Of a DNA stretch of 64,000 bases, positions 8,749 to 18,209 are shown piece after piece. A program made the translations under genes and the position numbers. Each line of letters opens with the position of its first letter. The first letter of the stretch is position 1. Source of the DNA: a virus; the IMG/VR virus record IMGVR_UViG_3300022200_000032, positions 13,856 through 77,855 of that record. The stretch is one strand, 5' to 3'. The notes below the pieces were generated by a model. The model ran no database searches, was not told the DNA's origin, and saw nothing but the letters and a program-made list of their open reading frames with translations.

Positions 8749-10426
8749 TTAACAATAATGCCTCTAACTCAGGAATATGATCTAAAATATTTTCTTTACG
8801 TATGACATCCAGTTGATGTGTTTTATCCCAAAACTTTTGTAACAAATAAGTTTTATCACACGATAGCATGTTTATTGCTGACATGAATCCATTGGTTGCC
8901 CTACGTAAATGATCATTAGGCTCTAACCATTCCAGATGTGCCACGAACGATTTTCTTATTTTTTCTTTATATGCAGGAGTAGCAATATCAATTCGGTAGA
9001 ACAGAGGATCTTGCAAAATGTTAACATTAAAATCTTGTGGCTTAATAAATCCTTTTTCTACCCAATTTTTATGAAAATCTGTGATGTGTAATGCATTCAT
9101 AATGCTTAATGTAGGACTAACATAAAAATCTACATGGGGACACATTTCCATCATTAATTGTCTATTCTGTTCTACATCTTGCCACTTTGTTCCTGAACGA
9201 ATATATTCTGCATGTTTTCCCATTCCATCAAGACTTGCACCGACAGCAACGTTCGAAAAATGTTGCCATTGTTCAAACGCATGCTTGTCTTTGAGTTTGA
9301 CTTGTGTGAAATTTGTATTATATATTAACCTAACATCAGTCATATTGCGTTTAATAAGTTCGTCAAGTATAATATAATGTTCTTCCATGACCAGAGGCTC
9401 GCCTCCCGCAAAATAAATCTGTTCTACGCAATCAATATGTTCTAACAATTGTTCGAGCATGTCTGTCTCGTAACGACCAGCATATACTTTTGGTTTATTA
9501 TTGCTTGCCCATTCTGGACCTGCCAAAAGGGCTTGATCCTTGTACCATTGACTACTGAAAATATGACCACAGCTACGGCATTTCAAATTACACAAATTAC
9601 TAAATCGTATATCCCAATATGCCAGTTCAAATTTCTCGTACGTTCCATCTGGTTGTGTTTCTAAAACACGTTCGATTAGATGTCCGTGATGCTTATTTGC
9701 ACTCTGTCTTCCAGAAAAGAAGCCATAACCCTCTTCTTCATAACATCTGGAGCAAGCAACACTTTCTTTATCACGTAACATGTTCAAACGTAATTCTTTC
9801 ATTGCGTTTGAATTCCAAATTTCCTCCAGTGTATTGTCTCTGCAATTTCCTACTGTTCCTGCTGGGTCTGCCATACAACATGGCATGGCCTCTCCAGTTG
9901 GATAAGCATGTAAATGAATCCAAGGATATATGCAAAATACTTTGCTATCAGTAAGTAAATATTTTTCTTTATCAGAAATATTTTCAAGTGAAATTTTCAA
10001 AGGATTGATTGATCCATATGCGTATGCTTCTTTTTTACTAGATGGATGCAGTTGTAAAATTTTTCTTTCAAAATCACCATCTACAATTTTGTAAGAAATT
10101 GGCACTGGATCATGACTAATTTGTTGTAATAATGTTAATTCATGTGCAATATGTGTATTTGTTGATTCTATTATGACGAACGCATTGCTGATATCAACTT
10201 CGTTAAGAATTGTTTGTATATTACGCAACACTAGTCCAAGATTAGACTTTTTAACATACATATCCCCAGTATGTTTCAAAATAATTCTTTCTTCAGGCTG
10301 GTATACTTCTTTGTAAATTTCTCGCAATTGTTGTTCAAATTTTTGCTGGGAACGTTGGTATGTTTCGTTCATCCAATAACTCAACTCAATTTCATAAATC
10401 ATTATACCATGCTCCAATGTGTGCAA
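8741..10426 (-). CDS. Radical SAM protein with an extra N-terminal domain and a twitch domain (likely start 10402)
   Basis: CIYPW...PCC...CSRC, CNLKCRSC, GGEP, YNTN, SLDG, YIRSG. Confidence 0.9.
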   Translation of the reverse strand: MHTLEHGIMIYEIELSYWMNETYQRSQQKFEQQLREIYKEVYQPEERIILKHTGDMYVKKSNLGLVLRNIQTILNEVDISNAFVIIESTNTHIAHELTLLQQISHDPVPISYKIVDGDFERKILQLHPSSKKEAYAYGSINPLKISLENISDKEKYLLTDSKVFCIYPWIHLHAYPTGEAMPCCMADPAGTVGNCRDNTLEEIWNSNAMKELRLNMLRDKESVACSRCYEEEGYGFFSGRQSANKHHGHLIERVLETQPDGTYEKFELAYWDIRFSNLCNLKCRSCGHIFSSQWYKDQALLAGPEWASNNKPKVYAGRYETDMLEQLLEHIDCVEQIYFAGGEPLVMEEHYIILDELIKRNMTDVRLIYNTNFTQVKLKDKHAFEQWQHFSNVAVGASLDGMGKHAEYIRSGTKWQDVEQNRQLMMEMCPHVDFYVSPTLSIMNALHITDFHKNWVEKGFIKPQDFNVNILQDPLFYRIDIATPAYKEKIRKSFVAHLEWLEPNDHLRRATNGFMSAINMLSCDKTYLLQKFWDKTHQLDVIRKENILDHIPELEALLLNE

Positions 10427-11750
10427 ATGTATCAGTTATACTCTTTCCACGTCGACGATCATACTGTGCATAAAATTTCTTAAAATCGTTGTGTAATGCT
10501 GACATATCAAATGTGTCCGAATGCGGTGTCTTAACTACATCCAGATAATCAATTAACCGCTGTACTTGGTTAATTTCCATTTCGTGCAACAGTATGTTTT
10601 TATATGCGTGTTCTTCTAACCAAGTGTCTAATTTATCTGCATAATCCATACGTAGATCTTCTGGCAACACCAACGGTGACTGAAAACTCGGAAAACGTAA
10701 TATGTTTAATGTGAAAGTTGGATAATTTTTTCCGTATTGCTTTTTTAATTCTAACATCCAATCCAAAAACTCAGTCAATGATTCTAAACACAACGCATTA
10801 ATAGTACACATAACATGAAATCCATTTACGCTACCTTCTGTAATAACACGATGTACGTTACGCTCCCATTGTTCCCAATTTAACCCATCACGTATATATT
10901 CTGCATGAGCACTCATGCTTTCTTGCGACGTGTATAACTGGAAATCTTTAATGTTGTGACTTGCTTCAATTAACTTATCAATCTTTTCATCTTCGATTCC
11001 AAGATTAGAGTTAAGTGCAAACGACACTTCTGATTCATTATTAATATACCAATCAATGAGTCGCATAGTATGCGGGCTCATCATTGGCTCGCCACCAGTT
11101 AATCGTAATTCTTGTAACGTTTTATGTAAGTCCGATTCCCACCATTTAAAGAATGCTTCTACGTAGGGATTTTCTTCTTTGGGTTTAAACAACTGTGCTG
11201 AATCGTGTGTGTGGGTGAAATGGTTACGCCCATCTGATATTAGATCTGTGTAAGGTCCGTTCTTTTTCAAATCCGTTACCCAACTTGTACTGAATGCTGG
11301 ATTGCAGTATGAACACGAAAATTGACACGTCCTGTCAAATGCAATTTCTAATGTTTTTAAGTCAATATCTGTTTCAGGATTTGCTGCCATTGCTGTAACA
11401 ACATCCCACTCATCGTAGATCACAGTTTTATAAACACGATCTGAAATGTTGTCGCGGCCGATATCTTCAATTTTCCAGCAATATTCACAACCCGCCGGAC
11501 GTTCTGAATGCTGCATCATACGGCGTTCATCTTTCTTTTTGCGTGTATTGTGTAGCGCCTTCGGATTAGCAGTTACTTCATCAACACTCACATGATGCGG
11601 AAGTGGATGATGACAACTCGTGGTCATACCAGATCCTAACCAAATGGTAGCATTATACCATTTAGCCGCACAAAAACTTGTACTGAACTCATCTATCCAT
11701 TTTTTAATTTCAAGATCCGTTTCTCGACCTGGTTTACGCAATTTACTCAT
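10392..11750 (-). CDS. Radical SAM protein, N-twitch FC.AKW/SC.HP subfamily
   Basis: FCAAKW...SCHHP...CEYC, CQFSCSYC, TGGEP, NSN, EYIRDG. Confidence 0.9.
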   Translation of the reverse strand: MSKLRKPGRETDLEIKKWIDEFSTSFCAAKWYNATIWLGSGMTTSCHHPLPHHVSVDEVTANPKALHNTRKKKDERRMMQHSERPAGCEYCWKIEDIGRDNISDRVYKTVIYDEWDVVTAMAANPETDIDLKTLEIAFDRTCQFSCSYCNPAFSTSWVTDLKKNGPYTDLISDGRNHFTHTHDSAQLFKPKEENPYVEAFFKWWESDLHKTLQELRLTGGEPMMSPHTMRLIDWYINNESEVSFALNSNLGIEDEKIDKLIEASHNIKDFQLYTSQESMSAHAEYIRDGLNWEQWERNVHRVITEGSVNGFHVMCTINALCLESLTEFLDWMLELKKQYGKNYPTFTLNILRFPSFQSPLVLPEDLRMDYADKLDTWLEEHAYKNILLHEMEINQVQRLIDYLDVVKTPHSDTFDMSALHNDFKKFYAQYDRRRGKSITDTFAHIGAWYNDL

Positions 11751-11759
11751 ATGTTTTAC

Positions 11760-13181
11760 TTAATTAGACTGTGATTGTTGTGCAAAATATTTGCACTCGT
11801 TCCACCAGGTAGACATTTCTGGAAAAGTTTTCAAAAAATTAAACTCGTGTCGTCTGTCGTATTCGTTGAAGAAACGATAAAAATCTGCCTTATTTTGTTC
11901 TAGATTTTCAGCAGGCTGGCGCATCCATGCGATATCTCTATCCATTCGATTAATTTCGTAATCTTTAAACCCTTTAAACCGTGTATCTGGAGTTTCACAA
12001 TGCTCGATCATCCAGGTCATCAATTCTTCCAATCTATCTGCATACATATCTGGGAGTAAACGCATACTTTGCCAATTGGGCGTGTGTAATACAGGGGTAT
12101 CAAACCACACACGCTGATATGTGTCTGAGTAAACCTGCCTTAATCCGTGTATAGCAGGAATGAGTTTATCCAGACTGGTAATCGATAAGTTATTCATAGT
12201 GATGATAAACGTTAGACTACTTCTATACGGTACTTCTGTTAAAAATTGATTAACCCGATCCCACATTAAATCAAAATTTAGCCCTGCTCGCATATATTCT
12301 GCTTGCTTTCCGAATCCGTCAAGTGACACGTACTGCATAAAATGCTCAACATTTTCGCCATCATTGCAAATACGCTTAACATAATCTAGATACTTGTTCC
12401 ATAGTTTCTGTTCTACAGATAAGTTAGATGTCACGTTAATATGCAAGTCAGGTTTTGGATTTTCTAATACATAATCAAATACGCGATATGTATTTTTATC
12501 CATTAAAGGTTCGCCACCAGTCATACGGAAGTGTTTTAGGTCTTTATATAATTCTGGCCACCATTCCCAGAATGCTTCTACATACGGGTTATATTCAGAA
12601 TGCGGAATAGGTCTACGGTCGCCTTGGAAATAAGCAGGATCGTTGTGCGGTTGGCTTGTAGGATAGGCGCCATATTCTTTTGCTTGACGCATCCACGAGC
12701 TGCTAAATTGAGGTGAACAATAACTACACTCTAAATTACAAGCAGAGTTGAAGTTCACTTCAACATACGCAGGATTAGTGTCTGCCATTGGGTCAGACAC
12801 AACCTCATCAAACTTTTCAATAGCCCACGGTTCTCCCGAACGGTAGTGTCTATCAGAAAGTTTTCCGTTGTCTTCCATTGCCCAGCAATAAAAGCACTCC
12901 TCGGGTCTCCTCCCCTCCATCATGTGTTTGCGTTGTAGTTTTTTATAATCGGTGTTATGCAACTTACTGGGATTTCCAGTAAGTTCATCTACAGGAATTT
13001 TATGCAATGGCGGATGATAACATGAGTTATTCATGCCATTAGTTAGATGTAATGAAACTTGTTTCCATTTAGCCAAACAAAAGCTCGGACTCACAGTATC
13101 TAGCTTTTGTTGTGCTATTTCAGCATCAGATAAGAACTTTGATTTAAAATCCTTGTCTACCTCATCACCTTTGTTTTGCAT
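11760..13181 (-). CDS. Radical SAM protein, N-twitch FC.AKW/SC.HP subfamily
   Basis: FCLAKW...SCYHP...CFYC, CNLECSYC, TGGEP, TSN, EYMRAG. Confidence 0.9.
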   Translation of the reverse strand: MQNKGDEVDKDFKSKFLSDAEIAQQKLDTVSPSFCLAKWKQVSLHLTNGMNNSCYHPPLHKIPVDELTGNPSKLHNTDYKKLQRKHMMEGRRPEECFYCWAMEDNGKLSDRHYRSGEPWAIEKFDEVVSDPMADTNPAYVEVNFNSACNLECSYCSPQFSSSWMRQAKEYGAYPTSQPHNDPAYFQGDRRPIPHSEYNPYVEAFWEWWPELYKDLKHFRMTGGEPLMDKNTYRVFDYVLENPKPDLHINVTSNLSVEQKLWNKYLDYVKRICNDGENVEHFMQYVSLDGFGKQAEYMRAGLNFDLMWDRVNQFLTEVPYRSSLTFIITMNNLSITSLDKLIPAIHGLRQVYSDTYQRVWFDTPVLHTPNWQSMRLLPDMYADRLEELMTWMIEHCETPDTRFKGFKDYEINRMDRDIAWMRQPAENLEQNKADFYRFFNEYDRRHEFNFLKTFPEMSTWWNECKYFAQQSQSN

Positions 13182-13190
13182 AATGGTATA

Positions 13191-14354
13191 TCAGAGATAT
13201 TTGTTGGGGCCTGATCCATCACGATGTAAATCATTCGTAATACAGTGAATACCAGCATCCCAAAAATATTTGTGTCTAAATGGCGATACATGGACCTCAA
13301 CTCCGTGTCTTGCGCATGCCTCTTCAACTTGGTCATTATGTGCTGATACAATTACATTCTTTTGATCTATCACTAGCATGTTTACATCAAATACAGTTTC
13401 ATGTACTTCCCCAACCCATTCATCAAAATAATGGTCTACCATTGCTGTCATGTTAGGATCTTTTTCAAAACCTGGAAAGAACCAACGACCTTTATTGCGC
13501 TTCATTGAAAATTCAAATTCACGCATATGAGCGTAATTTGAATCTGGCAAATATACAACTTCCCAATCTGGGAAGGTATCTTTATATGTTGGAATATCAT
13601 GTAAACTAATAATTAAACCAGGTGTTACTGGACAATATACAGCGTCACCGTGACCACCTGCATTTACGATCTTATTAGTGGTATTAGGGAAATACTCGTT
13701 AACCTGATCGAGCAATGTTTTCTTATCATCATGAAATGTTTGTGTTGCAAACATCAAGTCTTGTCCCAGTCGGCTAACAAAGCATCCATTGATAAAATCT
13801 AGATCAGTATACTCAATAGTATTACTGTTATTTCTTAAATCATCAAAAATATGATCATAGAATTTTAATTTGGCATCCAGATGATTCTGATCAAATTTTT
13901 GAAATTGTTCAAATTTCGCACGGACTTCATCAGCAAATTGTGGCCAGTCATTATAGAAATCTAATGGACGAACATAATCTGGCCAGTATTCTTGTTTATT
14001 TTGTCTGTAAAAAACTGACCAGGCATGACTGCCATTGGGTATTTTGGGTACCCAAAATTTGTCCCCAATCATGATAAAGTAATCACGAGGTGCGGTCGGT
14101 GGCTGCACCCACTTACCATCAATATAAAGTTCATTCATATTTTCTGGAAATTCTGGACGCACAGTTCGTACACCGAACTTGCCTTCTAGTAATTTAATTA
14201 AGTTTTGGTAATCTTCTTCTGTTTCTTCTGCTAATTTTTCAAAAATACCCCGTGTTTGGGTATTTTCAATCCAAGAATAAAACTCTGGTGGGTAAGTCTT
14301 CCCTACCATGCAATATTTCAAAGGATCCCAGTGTTGATATACTGAATATGACAT
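13191..14354 (-). CDS. Second amidinotransferase
   Basis: WDPLK, PRD, GHGDA, VFDVN, FWDAGIHCIT; paralog of 78..1130. Confidence 0.85.
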   Translation of the reverse strand: MSYSVYQHWDPLKYCMVGKTYPPEFYSWIENTQTRGIFEKLAEETEEDYQNLIKLLEGKFGVRTVRPEFPENMNELYIDGKWVQPPTAPRDYFIMIGDKFWVPKIPNGSHAWSVFYRQNKQEYWPDYVRPLDFYNDWPQFADEVRAKFEQFQKFDQNHLDAKLKFYDHIFDDLRNNSNTIEYTDLDFINGCFVSRLGQDLMFATQTFHDDKKTLLDQVNEYFPNTTNKIVNAGGHGDAVYCPVTPGLIISLHDIPTYKDTFPDWEVVYLPDSNYAHMREFEFSMKRNKGRWFFPGFEKDPNMTAMVDHYFDEWVGEVHETVFDVNMLVIDQKNVIVSAHNDQVEEACARHGVEVHVSPFRHKYFWDAGIHCITNDLHRDGSGPNKYL

Positions 14355-14431
14355 TAAAGTTTTCTCATTTTATATGTTTCGATGTAATTAGTCAATTGTT
14401 GTAGGAGCATAATAATTTTTATTTCCTGTCA

Positions 14432-15391
14432 TCAATGGATAACATCTATTTCGCGCACAGTGGCGCCCATGTTGTACCAGTTACTACGATAATGGTGTTT
14501 GAAGAATTTACTTGTTGTTTCGTCCATATACATAACAGGCAAGTCTAAACGTTCTTGCAATGCATGTCCATAATATTCGCTTTGTTCTGCAATTTGATCT
14601 GTGTGTACTTGTTCGTCGAAAATACGCTCTAAATTGTCAAACCACTGTACTTCAGTATGATCCCAATCCGAAAGCATAGTCATGCACGTTCCCATTCTTG
14701 CGCCAAGAATGGCATATTCGCCAAACTCTACATCACGACCAACGTTCTGCCATACCGTTAAATGATCCATGTTACGCTTGTGAACAGCATCTTTAAATTC
14801 TGTTTCTGTTGGTTTGCGTCCGCGGTCTAAACACATTTTAACACCTTCTCTAAAGCCTGCTCTCCAAGCATGAAATGCTGATCCATTTGGGTATGTTGTA
14901 GAATAACAGTCGTGCATTGGCCAATACAATGGATCAAAACAAAACTCAACATTTGTATCAGCAGAACCGTCAGATGCTTCGTGAGTTTTCATATTCATAA
15001 TAAACTCACGTGTCCAGCAACTTAGTCCACCGTTACCGTACATGAGTCCATTAATATGATTAACTGCCCTCCAACGAAATACAGCTTTCTCATATTCAGG
15101 TGTTTTCATTTCCAATTGCAGATTGAAAAATTCTGGGTTTGGCAAATTGTCACCATCAATAAGCACAAAACGTTCTGTTGTGCTTGCTTCTGCTGCTGCT
15201 TTGTGTGCTGCATCTGATCCTTTTACTCCGTCAACACGAACTGCCCAGGGCACCATGTTTTTAATTTTTACCCAAAATTCTTCTTTCTGTGGCTCGTCAT
15301 AGCTCAGGTATACGACGTCCAAATCGGCGATATCAATCAAGTTCATATGTTTTGTTCTTCCAGTATATTGATTTAGTTGTGTTTGATACAA
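14432..15391 (-). CDS. Putative GT-A fold glycosyltransferase (likely start 15346)
   Basis: LSYDEP, GVKG...AH, DxD motif IDGDN, AWRAGFREGVK. Confidence 0.55.
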   Translation of the reverse strand: MYQTQLNQYTGRTKHMNLIDIADLDVVYLSYDEPQKEEFWVKIKNMVPWAVRVDGVKGSDAAHKAAAEASTTERFVLIDGDNLPNPEFFNLQLEMKTPEYEKAVFRWRAVNHINGLMYGNGGLSCWTREFIMNMKTHEASDGSADTNVEFCFDPLYWPMHDCYSTTYPNGSAFHAWRAGFREGVKMCLDRGRKPTETEFKDAVHKRNMDHLTVWQNVGRDVEFGEYAILGARMGTCMTMLSDWDHTEVQWFDNLERIFDEQVHTDQIAEQSEYYGHALQERLDLPVMYMDETTSKFFKHHYRSNWYNMGATVREIDVIH

Positions 15392-15671
15392 TGGTCACAT
15401 CTTTGGGATGTGTTGGAAAACCACTGTCTCCAGGAACCAGTTTTCCAATCGATTCGTGTCTGATATACACAATCTTGTTATTTTTTATGCAGATGTCATA
15501 TCGAGATTCATTATATGTTTTTTTATCAATCACAATGTACACTCCCGGTTCGTCTTGTGTAGTATAAAATAAAGGAGTCCCAGATTGATCATCATAATAC
15601 AAGCGATATTCTAATTCAATCAGCTTCTGATTTTGATCAACCTGATCGAGTGCTTCCCAAAAGTGTGTCAT
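15333..15671 (-). CDS. Hypothetical protein
   Basis: ORF overlapping both neighbours in the operon. Confidence 0.7.
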   Translation of the reverse strand: MTHFWEALDQVDQNQKLIELEYRLYYDDQSGTPLFYTTQDEPGVYIVIDKKTYNESRYDICIKNNKIVYIRHESIGKLVPGDSGFPTHPKDVTIVSNTTKSIYWKNKTYELD

Positions 15672-16473
15672 AATGTTTGTTTACTATTTTACTAAATTCT
15701 TTAATATTATAATGGAACGGATATTCTTGGTCAACTGTGTTAATTCTGATATTGGAACCATCTAATTCCCAAATTAATTCTCGTGTCCAATCTTCTTGTA
15801 GTAATCCATTAATTTTTCCCTTCATGTGAATTAAACTTGGGTAACTGACTGATGGTGGTAATGTTACATTTTCCACACCAATAATTTGCGCAGCAAGTGC
15901 ATATACAACATCGGTTGTTCCTGGATCATCACTTCCACCTTTGATTGTTGCTTGAAAAGCTGGCCAATTTTCAAAAATATTTCTGACTAAATTAAAGAAC
16001 TGTTGTGCTGTTCTACTTAGGCGCCAATAAGTAATGGCGTTATAAACATCAGGTAAACCATTTAAATCAAATATTTTACGATAATGTCGCATATTTGACC
16101 GCTGATTCAAATAATTGCGTGCGCCTGTTGTTAATACAACGTCTTTGTGCTCAAACATTGTCCACCAGTGCCAGATACTATGCGGAATAATCATATCTGC
16201 TTCCAGCTTAATTGTTTGCCTAAATGGACTCGCCGTAAAAATTTGCCAATCATTTTTAAGTTTCCACTGGCTATCTGATGCCTGATCTCCATATGGCAAT
16301 GGCTTTACAAAGTCAAATACTGGATCAGTAACTTCAGATGAAGTTACCAAGCACACTTTTGCTTGCGGAGTATGATACTTTAGAGAACGTGCCAGAGCGC
16401 GAGCGCAGTCAATATAATCAACTTCGCTTGTATTTTCTGCCACAATCAAATAGCCGCGTTCTGCTTCAACCAT
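15637..16473 (-). CDS. Putative glycosyltransferase (GT8-like GT-A fold)
   Basis: GYLIVA...LARSLK start, SPF..TIKLEADM (DxD-like), TDVVYA, HMK. Confidence 0.55.
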   Translation of the reverse strand: MVEAERGYLIVAENTSEVDYIDCARALARSLKYHTPQAKVCLVTSSEVTDPVFDFVKPLPYGDQASDSQWKLKNDWQIFTASPFRQTIKLEADMIIPHSIWHWWTMFEHKDVVLTTGARNYLNQRSNMRHYRKIFDLNGLPDVYNAITYWRLSRTAQQFFNLVRNIFENWPAFQATIKGGSDDPGTTDVVYALAAQIIGVENVTLPPSVSYPSLIHMKGKINGLLQEDWTRELIWELDGSNIRINTVDQEYPFHYNIKEFSKIVNKHYDTLLGSTRSG

Positions 16474-17287
16474 TTATCATCTTCTCCAGTGAAAACTTGT
16501 TTAAAAAATGTATATCATGATCATCAACTACGATGCGCACAGGACGTTCGATATGATTTTTATACTTAACATATTCTATCTCAAACTTACGAGCATCTAA
16601 CTGGTTAATCTCTGCATTATCACTAATCATTGGCATATTCCAGGGAATTTCGGGAATAGCATTGATGCGGTGTCCGTAAACAATGCCTAATGCAATGCTT
16701 ACAACATAGTCATTTCTAAACGGACTTGACCTAAACTTGTAGATACGTGAATAATGTGCATAATTCTCACGTATCATTTTAATTGTATCAAATATTGTTT
16801 TAGCGAACTCTGTTTTTCTAAAGAAGATAACGGTTGCCCAGTAATGTGGGAAATAATATTTAGGTAAAAAGTCGTATGGTTGGAAACTTTTTCTATCTGT
16901 AATATCGTATGGTTTACGATGTACTAAAAAATCTTCAGGAGATTCAAATAGAGCAAGTAGCTGTTCGCTATTAACAATATAATCTGAATCGATAACAACA
17001 GTTTCGTCATATGGAGTCAAGTCAAATGCTTGGAAACGATTAACATTCTTCCATTCAGCAACGTTTCCATCTTTGTGTATATTAAAATTACGTTGATGTC
17101 CTGCTAGTGCTTCTGTTAAAATTAAATTGTGTTTGACGTTTTCTTTTGTGCTAGCACTTGCTTCATCGGTAACAATACTTGTTGGCAATTTTAAGATAGA
17201 TTCAATGCGGTCAGCAATCCACAAAGCATGTCCTAAATAATCAATCACTTCATTGTTAAACGCAAATATTAAAAAACCACGAGTCAT
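16466..17287 (-). CDS. Putative glycosyltransferase (GT8-like), paralog of 15637..16473
   Basis: GFLIFA, TPYDETVVIDSDY (DxD), WATVIFFRK, FRND, HFLNK. Confidence 0.6.
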   Translation of the reverse strand: MTRGFLIFAFNNEVIDYLGHALWIADRIESILKLPTSIVTDEASASTKENVKHNLILTEALAGHQRNFNIHKDGNVAEWKNVNRFQAFDLTPYDETVVIDSDYIVNSEQLLALFESPEDFLVHRKPYDITDRKSFQPYDFLPKYYFPHYWATVIFFRKTEFAKTIFDTIKMIRENYAHYSRIYKFRSSPFRNDYVVSIALGIVYGHRINAIPEIPWNMPMISDNAEINQLDARKFEIEYVKYKNHIERPVRIVVDDHDIHFLNKFSLEKMING

Positions 17288-17466
17288 TTAATTTCTAACG
17301 CCTTGCCAATCGTAGAATCAAGATCTTTCATTGTAGTCTGTAGATCTTGTTGAATTTCTAGTACACGACGTTTTGGGTTTAAGTTAAGTTTAGATGTAAA
17401 CCAGATGTTGACACGATCTGCAACATCAACTAAAAACCTAAACAATTTACGTTTATTAATTTTCAA
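17284..17466 (-). CDS. Small hypothetical protein
   Basis: 60-aa ORF with ATGA overlaps at both ends. Confidence 0.65.
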   Translation of the reverse strand: MKINKRKLFRFLVDVADRVNIWFTSKLNLNPKRRVLEIQQDLQTTMKDLDSTIGKALEIK

Positions 17467-17852
17467 AATAACTCCCGTTCAGTTAATACTTGAAATTCCA
17501 TATTGTTATTAACACAATATTCTTCTGCTGCTGCCCATTTTGCCTTATTAACATGCCACTTCATTTGATAGCGTGGTTTGATCTCAATTAGTTTTTTACG
17601 TGGATTGCCATATTTGTCAATGTAATCTACATAAAAGTCTGGATAATAATTACGCATACGCTTTTCTTTAGGATGCATATATGGAATATGAAAACTTTCC
17701 GAGTCCCAGAATTTAATAGCTTCAGACCGATCGCAATACATCATAAATCTACGTTCCCATAGGCTACGATAAATTGGATCTTTCTTTCCTAAAAATTTAT
17801 TTTTATTATTTGGAGTAAACTTACCTTTGACGGCCGAGTTCTTGAAATTCAT
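17463..17852 (-). CDS. T4 gp4-like head completion nuclease (TnsA-N-like PD-(D/E)XK)
   Basis: YRSLWERRFMMYCD, YYPDF, IEIKP, NKAKWAAA, LTE.ELF. Confidence 0.85.
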   Translation of the reverse strand: MNFKNSAVKGKFTPNNKNKFLGKKDPIYRSLWERRFMMYCDRSEAIKFWDSESFHIPYMHPKEKRMRNYYPDFYVDYIDKYGNPRKKLIEIKPRYQMKWHVNKAKWAAAEEYCVNNNMEFQVLTERELF

Positions 17853-18126
17853 TTAGCCACCCATTCATCTGTTCTTGCCAACGCTGTTGTGCTAATAGCT
17901 CTAAATCTCTAACATTTACTTTTACAGGATTACCGTATTCATCTAATAATACACATTCCTCTTCGAAGCAAATATCTAATGTTTTTAGTAGTTCTGGACC
18001 TGCTCGCCACATTCCGCCAGCATGCGCAAAAAGCATCTTTGCTTCGTACTTTTCTTTAAGCACACGTTTGGCAGCATCGTGATCAAAACGACGGCGAACT
18101 GTTTCTACAAGTTGTTCAGTATTCAT
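17821..18126 (-). CDS. Hypothetical protein
   Basis: 101-aa ORF directly downstream of a late-promoter-like ATAAGTA (18132-18138). Confidence 0.7.
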   Translation of the reverse strand: MNTEQLVETVRRRFDHDAAKRVLKEKYEAKMLFAHAGGMWRAGPELLKTLDICFEEECVLLDEYGNPVKVNVRDLELLAQQRWQEQMNGWLNEFQELGRQR

Positions 18127-18156
18127 AGTGTTACTTATTATACAGGAAGTTGAGTC

Positions 18157-18185
18157 AAAAGTAAAGGGCCGTTAAGCCCTTTACT
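18157..18185 (-). terminator. Intrinsic terminator downstream of 18210..19199
   Basis: 10-bp stem AGTAAAGGGC/GCCCTTTACT, 6-nt loop, short T run on the minus strand. Confidence 0.75.
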
Positions 18186-18209
18186 AATTTCAATGCAACG
18201 CTTGAATTA

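Noticed and set aside
17463-17852. TnsA-like endonuclease as a sign of a Tn7-like transposon
   Set aside because: It matches the T4 gp4 head-completion type; no TnsB/TnsC genes or terminal repeats are present.
18135-18158. TTGACT...TATAAT on the minus strand as a sigma70 promoter
   Set aside because: The spacer is only 10 nt; the overlapping ATAAGTA late box explains the site better.
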